DNA from: Cytophagales bacterium
Lineage (GTDB): Bacteria; Bacteroidota; Bacteroidia; Cytophagales; UBA9547
DNA: 40,716 nt
Direction of reading: 5' to 3'
Assembly: GCA_044349205.1 (NCBI GenBank)
Contig: JBIKRJ010000002.1
Span: forward strand, 1-40,716
Within the stretch, counting starts at the first letter, position 1. Each line of letters opens with the position of its first letter. The notes beneath the pieces are model-generated. The model worked only from the letters and a program-made list of their open reading frames with translations, was not told the DNA's origin and ran no database searches. A program made the translations under genes and the position numbers. Below, in pieces: positions 1 through 7,817 of this stretch.

Positions 1-7
1 CAAAAAG

Positions 8-90
8 ATCACTGAGTGCATCGAAGTGACCCCGCCAAAAAAGGTCACTGAGCTTGTCGAAGTAGCGGTCACTGAGCCTGTCGAAGTGCC
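8..90. repeat. Three copies of a ~23-24 nt REP-like unit (consensus GGTCACTGAGCnTGTCGAAGTGcC). Copies lie at 8-30, 43-66 and 67-90. The array may continue upstream of the window.
   Basis: Direct reading: atcactgagtgcatcgaagtgac / ggtcactgagcttgtcgaagtagc / ggtcactgagcctgtcgaagtgcc. Each unit holds a short inverted repeat (CACT...AGTG). The last two copies are tandem and the first is separated by a 12 nt spacer. No ORF covers the region. Confidence 0.6.
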
Positions 91-191
91 CTTTATTCCA
101 ACCTCGTCGACATATTCCCAATCTTTTTATGCAGCTCCCACTGACCATTCCAAAACTTTAAAATTCACTGGCAAAATATGAATCCTATTTC

Positions 192-224
192 AAGGATGAC
201 TTCGCTTCAAGCGAAGGCATCCTT
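192..224 (-). terminator. Strong interrupted hairpin about 80 nt downstream of the chitinase stop. Possible transcription terminator or RNA-stabilising stem-loop.
   Basis: AAGGATG-a-CTTCGC ttcaa GCGAAG-g-CATCCTT gives 7+6 bp arms with one mismatched position and a 5 nt loop. There is no immediate U-tract on the minus-strand transcript, so the terminator call is tentative. Confidence 0.35.
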
Positions 225-305
225 TGGTAGATTTTAGAAACATAGTCTTCAAAATAGAAGCAGATCAATTGTTCTTCGCCACCAACCTGTCACTCTTAAC
301 ACTGC

Positions 306-1667
306 TTACCTCACGACTAGGCTTTTGGTATAAATAGCGCTTTCTGAATACAGTCTAATGATGAAATAACCAGGTGATAAGTCGGAAGTATTTAACTCGA
401 TTTGGTTCGAGTGATGCATAGATACTTTTACTACTTGACCAACTGTGTTTACTAATTCAGCTTTGTCAATTTTCCTGAAATGAGTCACTTCAACCACATC
501 TTTAGCAGGGTTCGGAAAAATGGTTGTGTTTTGAGTGTCGATTTCTTGAACACTCGGTGTGTTGGTCGTTACACTAAGAGAGCAGTTGCTATAATTTTGC
601 ATCACGTTTGTGGAAGATTCATAGCATAAAGTGGAATAATCGCTCGTGTTTTCCAACGAAATCTGACTACTATTGAATCCTAAAATATTCAAATAGTATT
701 TATAGAGTTCGGAACGCAAAACCACCTTGTCAGTAAAAAGAGTAGTGGAGGTTGACCTGCATTCAAGCGCCCCATTGATGATGTTATTTGTATGGGCAAA
801 ACCCTTTTTATACATTTTACTGGAAGTGTAGCCAGCACTTGGTGTCCATAAGTCGTGCATCACTTGATGACAAGAGGGTTTTGGGCATTGCGGCATCATC
901 CAAAACCAAATGCCAGATTTGAATGCCAAAACGCCATTTCGTTGAATCGAATCGGGGTCGTTCAGAAGTACATTTTTATCGTTAAATAAGAATTTGCTCA
1001 ACTGCCCATAGTTGAAATTATATGACAATTGCATGGGGCCTCTTCCATAATAGCCTACCGAAGGATTCGCAGGAAATTCGGAACTGGCCACCGCATAAGC
1101 TCCTGCCGCATTTGTACTGTTATATCCCACTTCATACACAAAATATAAGCCCCACTTAGCGTAGTCACCACTTTGGCCACCACCCACTGGCATTGTCCAA
1201 CCGCCAGTCGATTCTTTTGAAATATTGGCCAAGAAAGCAGCCAATTCCCTTTTGTTGTTATAGTCAGAACTAGTGTTTGCAAAATCTTCAAAATCTATGG
1301 TGACAATAGTTTCTGGAATAGAACTTGAATACCACGATGCTCCAACATCGGAATAATTATAGGTGGTGTTAGTAGATTTCCTTGTAATGGTAATCAATTG
1401 GCTAGATAGACCATTTTTCACTCTAATCTTGACTAGATAATCCGACATTTCGGCAGCGGCTTGTTTTAGATTATTAAAAGAATAAAAATCTGTTTTATAG
1501 CCTTGTGGATGCCCTCCTGCTATACCCGCACGTTTTGGGAATAGCGCATTCCATTGGTTTGCGTTCAGTAAACTATCAAGATTGGTGTTTTGCGAATAGC
1601 CGTTAAGGGCATAAAGCATGGCGATTATCGTAAGTATTATGCTGATTTTAGGTTGCTGTTTGTTCAT
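306..1667 (-). CDS. Secreted glycoside hydrolase family 19 (class I/II-type) chitinase with a C-terminal T9SS sorting domain
   Basis: N-terminal signal peptide (MNKQQPKISIILTIIAMLYALNGYSQ). GH19 signature blocks FLANISKESTGGW and YYGRGPMQLSYNFNYGQ. The C-terminal ~80 aa (TTIFPNPAKDVVEV...IRLYSESAIYTKSLVVR) resembles the Por/T9SS C-terminal domain. Confidence 0.85.
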   Translation of the reverse strand: MNKQQPKISIILTIIAMLYALNGYSQNTNLDSLLNANQWNALFPKRAGIAGGHPQGYKTDFYSFNNLKQAAAEMSDYLVKIRVKNGLSSQLITITRKSTNTTYNYSDVGASWYSSSIPETIVTIDFEDFANTSSDYNNKRELAAFLANISKESTGGWTMPVGGGQSGDYAKWGLYFVYEVGYNSTNAAGAYAVASSEFPANPSVGYYGRGPMQLSYNFNYGQLSKFLFNDKNVLLNDPDSIQRNGVLAFKSGIWFWMMPQCPKPSCHQVMHDLWTPSAGYTSSKMYKKGFAHTNNIINGALECRSTSTTLFTDKVVLRSELYKYYLNILGFNSSQISLENTSDYSTLCYESSTNVMQNYSNCSLSVTTNTPSVQEIDTQNTTIFPNPAKDVVEVTHFRKIDKAELVNTVGQVVKVSMHHSNQIELNTSDLSPGYFIIRLYSESAIYTKSLVVR

Positions 1668-1720
1668 GTTCTAATTTTTTGATAAGTGGTAATTGTTGTT
1701 TCGTTTTATATTCTGAAGTT

Positions 1721-2236
1721 TTACTCCTGAAACCACGAGGCATACATCACATAGTTATTTGCGATTCGCTCATTGATGTCTTTGAAATGTTCTGGACTTA
1801 ATTCTTTCACTTTTTTTGCAGGAATACCAGCATAAATAGTACCACTTTCAATACGTGTGTTTTCTAAAACAACTGCACCAGCTGCTATTAGGCTATTTTT
1901 TTCAACATATACATTGTCCATCAAAATAGCACCCATTCCAATCAGGACATTATCTTCAACTGTACAACCATGTACAATCGCTCGATGACCAATAGAAACA
2001 TTATTACCAATATTCAAAGGGTGTTTCAGATAAGTACAATGTAAAATAGCTCCATCTTGAACATTTACATTATTTCCAATTTTAATATAATGAACATCGC
2101 CTCGCACAACACTTTGAAACCAAAATGTACAATTATCGCCAGCTTGCACATCACCTAAAATGGTAGCATTCTCTGCAAAAAAACAATTTTCACCAAATCG
2201 GGGGTGAATGCCTTTTACTGGTTTGATTAATGCCAT
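1721..2236 (-). CDS. Gamma-class carbonic anhydrase-like / left-handed beta-helix (hexapeptide repeat) protein of the YrdA/PaaY-like family
   Basis: 171 aa. Hexapeptide-repeat pattern throughout (ATILGDV, NVNVQDGAILH, IGNNVSIGHRAIVHG, VLIGMGAILMD). Typical N-terminus: IHPRFGENCFFAENATILGDV. The start lies 4 nt after the stop of the upstream CHAT gene. Confidence 0.85.
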   Translation of the reverse strand: MALIKPVKGIHPRFGENCFFAENATILGDVQAGDNCTFWFQSVVRGDVHYIKIGNNVNVQDGAILHCTYLKHPLNIGNNVSIGHRAIVHGCTVEDNVLIGMGAILMDNVYVEKNSLIAAGAVVLENTRIESGTIYAGIPAKKVKELSPEHFKDINERIANNYVMYASWFQE

Positions 2237-2240
2237 GTTT

Positions 2241-3135
2241 CTAATTCACTCCAATCATAATAAAAGAACCCCAATAGACTGACTCGGGAAAATCGGCTTT
2301 GATTTCTTTTTTGGCTTCGATGAAAGACCTGCGCTTGTCGCCGGTACGAAGCCATTTTTCATAGAAAATGAGCATTAGTTTTTCGGTCACTTCATCATCT
2401 ACTTTGAAAAGGCTCATTACGACATTGTCGGCACCTGCCACCAAGAACGAACGCTGCAAACCGGCCACCCCCTCGCCTATTTGTACATCGCCAAGGCCTG
2501 TTTCACAGGCACTTAAAGTCACCAGTTCGGTATTGTCCAAGTTCATGTTCATGGCTTCGTAGGCGGTAAGAATACCTGTTTGGCCGTTTACATTGCCCGC
2601 AGTAAAATGGTTATCCAAGAGTTCGCCAGCACCTGTAAGCAATATGCCCGAACGGAACAGCGGGTTTAGTTCGTTTTTCTTCAACATCGAATTTTCGTCT
2701 TGCGCCATAGAACTAGTTTGGTCGGGTTGGAAATAACCATGTGTGGCCACATGCAAAATACGAGGACCTTCCATGTTTTTCAGTTTGTCTTCGTCGGCGT
2801 GATGATCGGTTAGCAGTACATTTTGCCACTTGTTGGCAGTAAACAAATCGGCAATACCTTTGGCTTCTTGTTCGGCGCCTTGCAGCTGGGGAATGGTACG
2901 GGCAGAAACTTTTGAATTTTCCAAATAGAACTGCGGATTACCCACAAGCGAAATGTTGTTGGAAAGGTTTTTCTTGATTTTTTTCTTCTCATAAATACGA
3001 GCCAAGGCCAAATCTTTGGTATTGCTCACAAGTAAAATGTCGTATTTGTCTATCAGGTATTTATCGTTGTCGTCTTGCAGGGTTTCTACATTCAGTTGGT
3101 TATACACTCCCTCGCTAGAAAGGTAAATGGTGTGA
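2241..3135 (-). other. CHAT domain of paralog 1, approximate boundaries. Putative catalytic His codon at 2739-2741 and Cys codon at 2505-2507.
   Basis: The region runs from IYLSSEGVYNQLNVETL to the C-terminus. The His of ATHGYF and the Cys of LSACETG were mapped by hand and checked to be in frame with the 6473 start. Confidence 0.7.
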
Positions 3136-6100
3136 ATACCTTTCAGTTGCGATTCGATTGGTTTCCAAAAAACATCGTACGACAGGTGGTCTTCATTTTT
3201 GTATTTAATGGTGTTTCGGTAGTATTTGATGTATTTTTTCTCAAGCATATTACCGTTTGGCAGCAGCACAAAATCGGGGTTGCCGCTGGTTTGGTCGGTG
3301 ACTATTAGTGCAGCATATATGATGGAGTCAGTAAAACCATTGGCATAGAATCGAAAACGCACTATTTCGATGGCGGCTTCCTTTTCTTTCAAGGATTTGC
3401 GCACATCTTTCCAATGGTACACCCTGTTTTCAAAGCTTTTGGAAAATTCCTCTGAAGTGGCACTCAGTTCTTTTTCCAAATCATTTATTTCTTTTTCCAA
3501 TTTTATCGGATCTACATTGGCCACTTTTGATTGTTCTTGCGAATAGGAAATTATTTGGGTGTACAATTCTTTTTTATCGTTCCATACATTGAACTTGCCA
3601 ATGAGTTCGGGGTTGCCACTACTCAATATCCTTTGACGCACCTTGATAGAATTGCTCAAGAGCAAGGCCTTGGTAGCCAAGACATAATCGTACATTTGGC
3701 CTATCAAATCGGGGTGATTGTCTTTCATTTTCAGAGCCAACGAATTGAAAAACTCAAAGTCGCCTTTAATAGTCTCCCAGTATTTGCTCTTCTCGCCGAA
3801 ACTCAATACAGGGAAATATTTTAATATAAAATCGTGATAACCTTGCGTGGCCACGTTCAAGGTAGTCAGTGAGTTTTTGTAATCGCCTTTGGCATAATAG
3901 GTTTTGGCAATACGGCTAAGGGTTTTCACATAATCGGGGTGTTGCGAACTGAATTTGCTTTTGTATAGACTAAGCGCATCTTCGTATTTATTTAAAGCTT
4001 GCGCATATTTTCGTTGTTTTCGATACAGGTCACCCCACATAAGGTCAAGTTCGGGAGTATAGACATTGTTTTTGCCCAGTTTGGTTTCCCAATATTTTTC
4101 AGATGCTGCAATGAGGCTATCGGCAGAGGCTAGCTGGTTGGTTTCCATTTGAAAGAAGGCCAACGTTTTCAGTCCGTTGATGTAAGAGGGGTTGTCGGAA
4201 CCAAGCTGTTTTTTCAGAATGGAATTGGATTCGAAAAGCATTTTGCGCGAATCGTTGGCATCACTGCCTAGATTGTAGCGTATGATGGCCAAATCGACTA
4301 GGGCATCGGCCAAATTGATATTGTCATATCCTTGAATGCGTGTAATAATATCTATTTGTTTTTTGCACTCAGCCTCGGCTTTTTGATAATCGCCAAAGGC
4401 TGAATGAAGCTTACGAAGAGTCTTCAAACTTTCAGCATAGCGTAAAGTAGTATCGCCAGATTGTTTGATACTAAGTTTTACGGCACGATTCAACTGGGCT
4501 TCGGCTTGGCCGTAATCACCTGTGAGATAATGCTTCAAGCCCAAAAGATTGAGCGGTTTAATGAGTTCGGCGGCTTCTTTGCTTTTCAATTTTTCTTTTT
4601 CGGCAATAGATTGTTTCAAAATTCTTTCAGCTTCGCGGTATTTACCAATTTGCAAATAGTAGGCGCCCAAATCGTCGATACTTGAATTTTCGGCCATGTT
4701 ATACCCCTTCTTAGCATTATGATTCACGATTTTTTCGGCAGATCGTAAGTTCTTCAGGGACTTGTCGAAATACCCAAAAGTGCTGTAGCCTTCGGCTATA
4801 TTTTGGTAGGCAAGGGCATAGGAAGGTGAGTAATCGTCGATGTTTCCCGCATCCAACACTGATTCGGCTTGTTCAAACATTTGTTTGGCTTGCGTGTATT
4901 TACCCAATTCCAGGTACACATTCACCAAATCGCCCAATATCAAAGCATATTTGGGACTTTTGTCTGTAAAATTTATTTTGGCTTGTTTTTCAGCCATTTG
5001 CAGGTATTCAGACGATTTCACAAAGTTTTCCCACAAGGCATACAGTACTCCAATGTTGTCTAAATACTGTACATATTTTTCATGTCTTGGTGACATTTCC
5101 TTGCTTACCACTCCCATAAAACTTTGCAGGTAAATCTCTTCGGCTTTCTTTAGGTTGTTGGTTTTGCGCAAGTAGAAGTCGGCAAGGTCAAGCTTGCGGC
5201 GGTGATAGGCTGGAGTTTGATCGCCGTAAAGTTCCTTCATTACCTTAAGTATGTTCATGAGGGTGTCTTCGGCGGGCTTTAACCAACCTTCGCGCACATC
5301 CAACAACACGTGTATTTCTTGGGCTTTGATACGAGCGGATGAATACAATGGAATATACAAACCATTGCTCATCAGTTCATTAAGACGCTCTTTTACAAAA
5401 TTATGGTCAAATTTTTTGGCATTTATCCATTCTTCCAGCAATTCCTTGTTGGCAAAAAACACATTTTCTTTGTCGTAGTAAAAACTGGTTTTGCGCTCGT
5501 ATGTCGCCAAACTTTTGTGGTACATCATGGAAAAATTGTCTTTAATCGCCCTACTGTATATCATGCGATCGAAGCCCTGGAAGTAGTAAATATCCAGCCT
5601 ATTTTTCACGGCACTCAAAGCCGCTACATTGTAGGCCGTAGCAGTACGCAGGTTTCCTTTCGATTCTTCTATATTGGCAATAGACTGTAAATTCTGCATC
5701 TTGACGGGGTTGCTGCTGCCTAAGTTTTTGTCAACCCATTGATTGCTGAGCTTGTACAAGGAATCAGCTGCGCCATTAAAACCCCTTTGTAGGGCGATGT
5801 CGGCTTTGGTGCTGGTAGCCCATGCGTAGGCCTGTTTTCTTGACTTAAAATCGGACGAATTCACCTTTATATTTTTGGTTCTGCCTTTAGCATCGGTTCC
5901 TTTTTCCGATCGCACTATACGGTTTTCCAGTTTTGGCAACCAATTGGTTACGATGCTATCGGCTTTGTTCAAATAGCCCATTTGCACATCGATTCTTGCC
6001 AAAAGCAAGGATTTGGCGGGCAGAAATCCCGCATTTTGTTCCTTCGATTTGTCGTAAATGGTCTTGGCTTGATTGAGCGACTCAAGACTTTTTCGGTAAT

Positions 6101-6473
6101 GCCCGTATTGATAATAGGTTTCGGCAATGCCCAAATAGGTTTCGTAAGCCACCCTACCCGTATCGTTGTACACCCTTTTTATTACACCTGTGGCTTCTTT
6201 CAAGCTTTTTTCATATTGTATGTGCCGCCCCATGTGCAAAAGCAATTTGCCTTGGTTCAAGTAAGCAGTAGCGCCAAAGCCAAAATCTTTCTTGCCGCTT
6301 CTCAGCATTTTTCGAATGAATGCCTCGTTTTTCTTGTATGCCTTTTTGATTTTGCCTGCTTGGAACTTCCGCTCTATCTTGTCAAGTTTCCGCTGCATTT
6401 TTTTCTGGGCAAAAACAGAAAATCCTCCAACTAAAAAGAAAGTCAGAAATATGAAAAAAAATGTTCTATTCAT
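2241..6473 (-). CDS. Secreted TPR-repeat protein with a C-terminal CHAT (caspase-like) peptidase domain, paralog 1 (1410 aa)
   Basis: Signal peptide MNRTFFFIFLTFFLVGGFSVFAQ. Long run of TPR-like repeats (repeated Y..A/G...Y...G.Y.KA patterns). The C-terminus carries the CHAT His/Cys dyad motifs ILHVATHGYF and LVTLSACETGLGDVQIGEGVAGLQRSF, and ends YWGSFIMIGVN. Confidence 0.85.
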   Translation of the reverse strand: MNRTFFFIFLTFFLVGGFSVFAQKKMQRKLDKIERKFQAGKIKKAYKKNEAFIRKMLRSGKKDFGFGATAYLNQGKLLLHMGRHIQYEKSLKEATGVIKRVYNDTGRVAYETYLGIAETYYQYGHYRKSLESLNQAKTIYDKSKEQNAGFLPAKSLLLARIDVQMGYLNKADSIVTNWLPKLENRIVRSEKGTDAKGRTKNIKVNSSDFKSRKQAYAWATSTKADIALQRGFNGAADSLYKLSNQWVDKNLGSSNPVKMQNLQSIANIEESKGNLRTATAYNVAALSAVKNRLDIYYFQGFDRMIYSRAIKDNFSMMYHKSLATYERKTSFYYDKENVFFANKELLEEWINAKKFDHNFVKERLNELMSNGLYIPLYSSARIKAQEIHVLLDVREGWLKPAEDTLMNILKVMKELYGDQTPAYHRRKLDLADFYLRKTNNLKKAEEIYLQSFMGVVSKEMSPRHEKYVQYLDNIGVLYALWENFVKSSEYLQMAEKQAKINFTDKSPKYALILGDLVNVYLELGKYTQAKQMFEQAESVLDAGNIDDYSPSYALAYQNIAEGYSTFGYFDKSLKNLRSAEKIVNHNAKKGYNMAENSSIDDLGAYYLQIGKYREAERILKQSIAEKEKLKSKEAAELIKPLNLLGLKHYLTGDYGQAEAQLNRAVKLSIKQSGDTTLRYAESLKTLRKLHSAFGDYQKAEAECKKQIDIITRIQGYDNINLADALVDLAIIRYNLGSDANDSRKMLFESNSILKKQLGSDNPSYINGLKTLAFFQMETNQLASADSLIAASEKYWETKLGKNNVYTPELDLMWGDLYRKQRKYAQALNKYEDALSLYKSKFSSQHPDYVKTLSRIAKTYYAKGDYKNSLTTLNVATQGYHDFILKYFPVLSFGEKSKYWETIKGDFEFFNSLALKMKDNHPDLIGQMYDYVLATKALLLSNSIKVRQRILSSGNPELIGKFNVWNDKKELYTQIISYSQEQSKVANVDPIKLEKEINDLEKELSATSEEFSKSFENRVYHWKDVRKSLKEKEAAIEIVRFRFYANGFTDSIIYAALIVTDQTSGNPDFVLLPNGNMLEKKYIKYYRNTIKYKNEDHLSYDVFWKPIESQLKGIHTIYLSSEGVYNQLNVETLQDDNDKYLIDKYDILLVSNTKDLALARIYEKKKIKKNLSNNISLVGNPQFYLENSKVSARTIPQLQGAEQEAKGIADLFTANKWQNVLLTDHHADEDKLKNMEGPRILHVATHGYFQPDQTSSMAQDENSMLKKNELNPLFRSGILLTGAGELLDNHFTAGNVNGQTGILTAYEAMNMNLDNTELVTLSACETGLGDVQIGEGVAGLQRSFLVAGADNVVMSLFKVDDEVTEKLMLIFYEKWLRTGDKRRSFIEAKKEIKADFPESVYWGSFIMIGVN

Positions 6474-6525
6474 TTTTTAAAATGGTATTCAGATTAAAGT
6501 TCCAAGATAATGGTCGTATGGACAT

Positions 6526-6554
6526 AAAACAAAAAAGCAAGCTGTAGCCCGCTT
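6526..6554 (-). terminator. Rho-independent-type terminator or attenuator between the lipoprotein gene and CHAT paralog 1
   Basis: The minus-strand RNA AAGCGGGC uaca GCUUGCUU forms an 8 bp stem (two G-U pairs) and is followed by UUUUGUUUU. On the plus strand the same positions would be A-C mismatches, so the structure is specific to the minus strand. Confidence 0.5.
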
Positions 6555-6580
6555 TTTTGAATACATAAATTTTCTCCTAT

Positions 6581-7684
6581 TTATTGCTTGAAAAGAATAA
6601 ATATTGTCCCTACAGATTCTATATCTGCTGGATCGCTAGTATTTTCAAGCTTCATTTCCATTTGTACAATTTGTTGAAATTTTGAAACGGTTGCCCGGTA
6701 GGTCTCGGTAACAAGTTGAGGATTCAAACCTGCAGAATCAGCATCATAAGACGAGGCATAGATAAGAAACTGGTTTGAAGTACCAGCTACACTTTCAACC
6801 GCCCAGTTGCCATACGAATAACCAGGGTCTCCATAGGCAGGATTCGCACCCACACGCCACCTGCCATCGCTGCTAATGGCTAGGGTACTAGAATCCTTCT
6901 CGAATATCCAATTTCCTAAAAGTATGCTCGCACTGTTATCCAATTGTGCCTGTCCGCTGAATTTATCTTTGCTCAAATGGTAGGCGTTCCAACCCATCGT
7001 TACTTTATCTGGCTCTCTATCGTTGTTGAAATCGTATATACCACTAACCACCATTCGGGTAGAACTGGCCTTGACAATTTCCCAGATTCTGTTTGGTGTA
7101 CGAAGTGCACTACTATCAAAGTCAAAAGCAATGTACTTAGTTGAATCATCGATTCCCCAAGTACCCCAAGTCCAAATCTTGTCCTTGAACTTGTATTGCC
7201 AATAATAACCAGAGGCATCGCAGTTGAACATAATGGCTGTCTTGTAACCATTGTCGGCAATTTGCTGACTTGTGAAGGACTTCCCGTTCACAGTCATATC
7301 TGCCAAATACCAGCCAAACCATGACCTAACGGTATCTTGTTGCATTCTAAGCTGCCCTGCACCTAAGCCAAGAAGGTTGTCTAAACCGGTTGTTGAACCT
7401 CCGTTCAAACGTTGTTGCTGTTGGTTCTCAACAGTTACGGATGATCCACTCGGAGTAACGACCTGCACAGGAACAGATAAAGGAATGCCTGAGCCACTTT
7501 CTCTGTTTGTGCTAGTACGATTACTCAAATCGGGTGGGGTTGGTTTTGCTTCGCCAGAAGTACCCCCCCCGCCACTGGTTGCAGGGGTTGGATTGTCTGA
7601 ACTCTTTTTGCTACAGGTAGTAGTTAAAACCAAAAGAAAAATAGCAAAAAATGTAAATTTGAAATAGACGAAAGAATTTTTCAT
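6581..7684 (-). CDS. Lipoprotein of unknown function with lipocalin-like (G-x-W) modules. Its N-terminal module is paralogous to that of the 20964-22349 protein.
   Basis: The preferred start is MKNSF (ATG at 7684) rather than the ORF-track start at 7729. Lipoprotein signal FAIFLLVLTTTCSKKSSD followed by a Gly/Pro/Ser linker. Motifs shared with the FISUMP protein are listed in the findings. Confidence 0.6.
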   Translation of the reverse strand: MKNSFVYFKFTFFAIFLLVLTTTCSKKSSDNPTPATSGGGGTSGEAKPTPPDLSNRTSTNRESGSGIPLSVPVQVVTPSGSSVTVENQQQQRLNGGSTTGLDNLLGLGAGQLRMQQDTVRSWFGWYLADMTVNGKSFTSQQIADNGYKTAIMFNCDASGYYWQYKFKDKIWTWGTWGIDDSTKYIAFDFDSSALRTPNRIWEIVKASSTRMVVSGIYDFNNDREPDKVTMGWNAYHLSKDKFSGQAQLDNSASILLGNWIFEKDSSTLAISSDGRWRVGANPAYGDPGYSYGNWAVESVAGTSNQFLIYASSYDADSAGLNPQLVTETYRATVSKFQQIVQMEMKLENTSDPADIESVGTIFILFKQ

Positions 7685-7706
7685 AGTATTGTTTAAGGAA
7701 CTTAAA

Positions 7707-7737
7707 CAAACATAGTAAAATACTTGCAAAAATCAAA
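7707..7737 (-). promoter_or_regulatory. Candidate Bacteroidota sigma-A-type promoter (TTTG-N19-TATGTTTG) for the lipoprotein/CHAT-1 arm
   Basis: The minus strand reads TTTG (7737-7734), a 19 nt spacer, then TATGTTTG (7714-7707). This matches the TAnnTTTG -7 consensus and lies 22 nt upstream of the ATG at 7684. Chance matches are plausible in AT-rich DNA. Confidence 0.35.
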
Positions 7738-7817
7738 AACGAACAAAGTAGGCTTAATGCAAACAATTCATTAAATTGTGAATATTTTTACGCCCACTTT
7801 TTTAGCCACACTAAAGC

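Noticed and set aside
8-90. Possible CRISPR array at the window start
   Set aside because: There are only three short (~24 nt) copies. Spacing is irregular (12 nt and 0 nt), there are no unique spacers of CRISPR length, and the window contains no cas genes. A REP-like repeat fits better.
5982-6434. 150 aa plus-strand ORF, together with the other plus-strand ORFs between 2368 and 6480
   Set aside because: They lie entirely antisense within the 1410 aa CHAT gene. Their composition is low-complexity and Phe/Leu-rich, typical of shadow ORFs opposite an AT-rich coding strand.
7272-7667. 131 aa plus-strand ORF opposite the 382 aa lipoprotein gene
   Set aside because: The minus-strand frame has a lipoprotein signal and a paralog elsewhere in the window. 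The plus-strand ORF is Pro/Val/Cys-rich nonsense with no start context.
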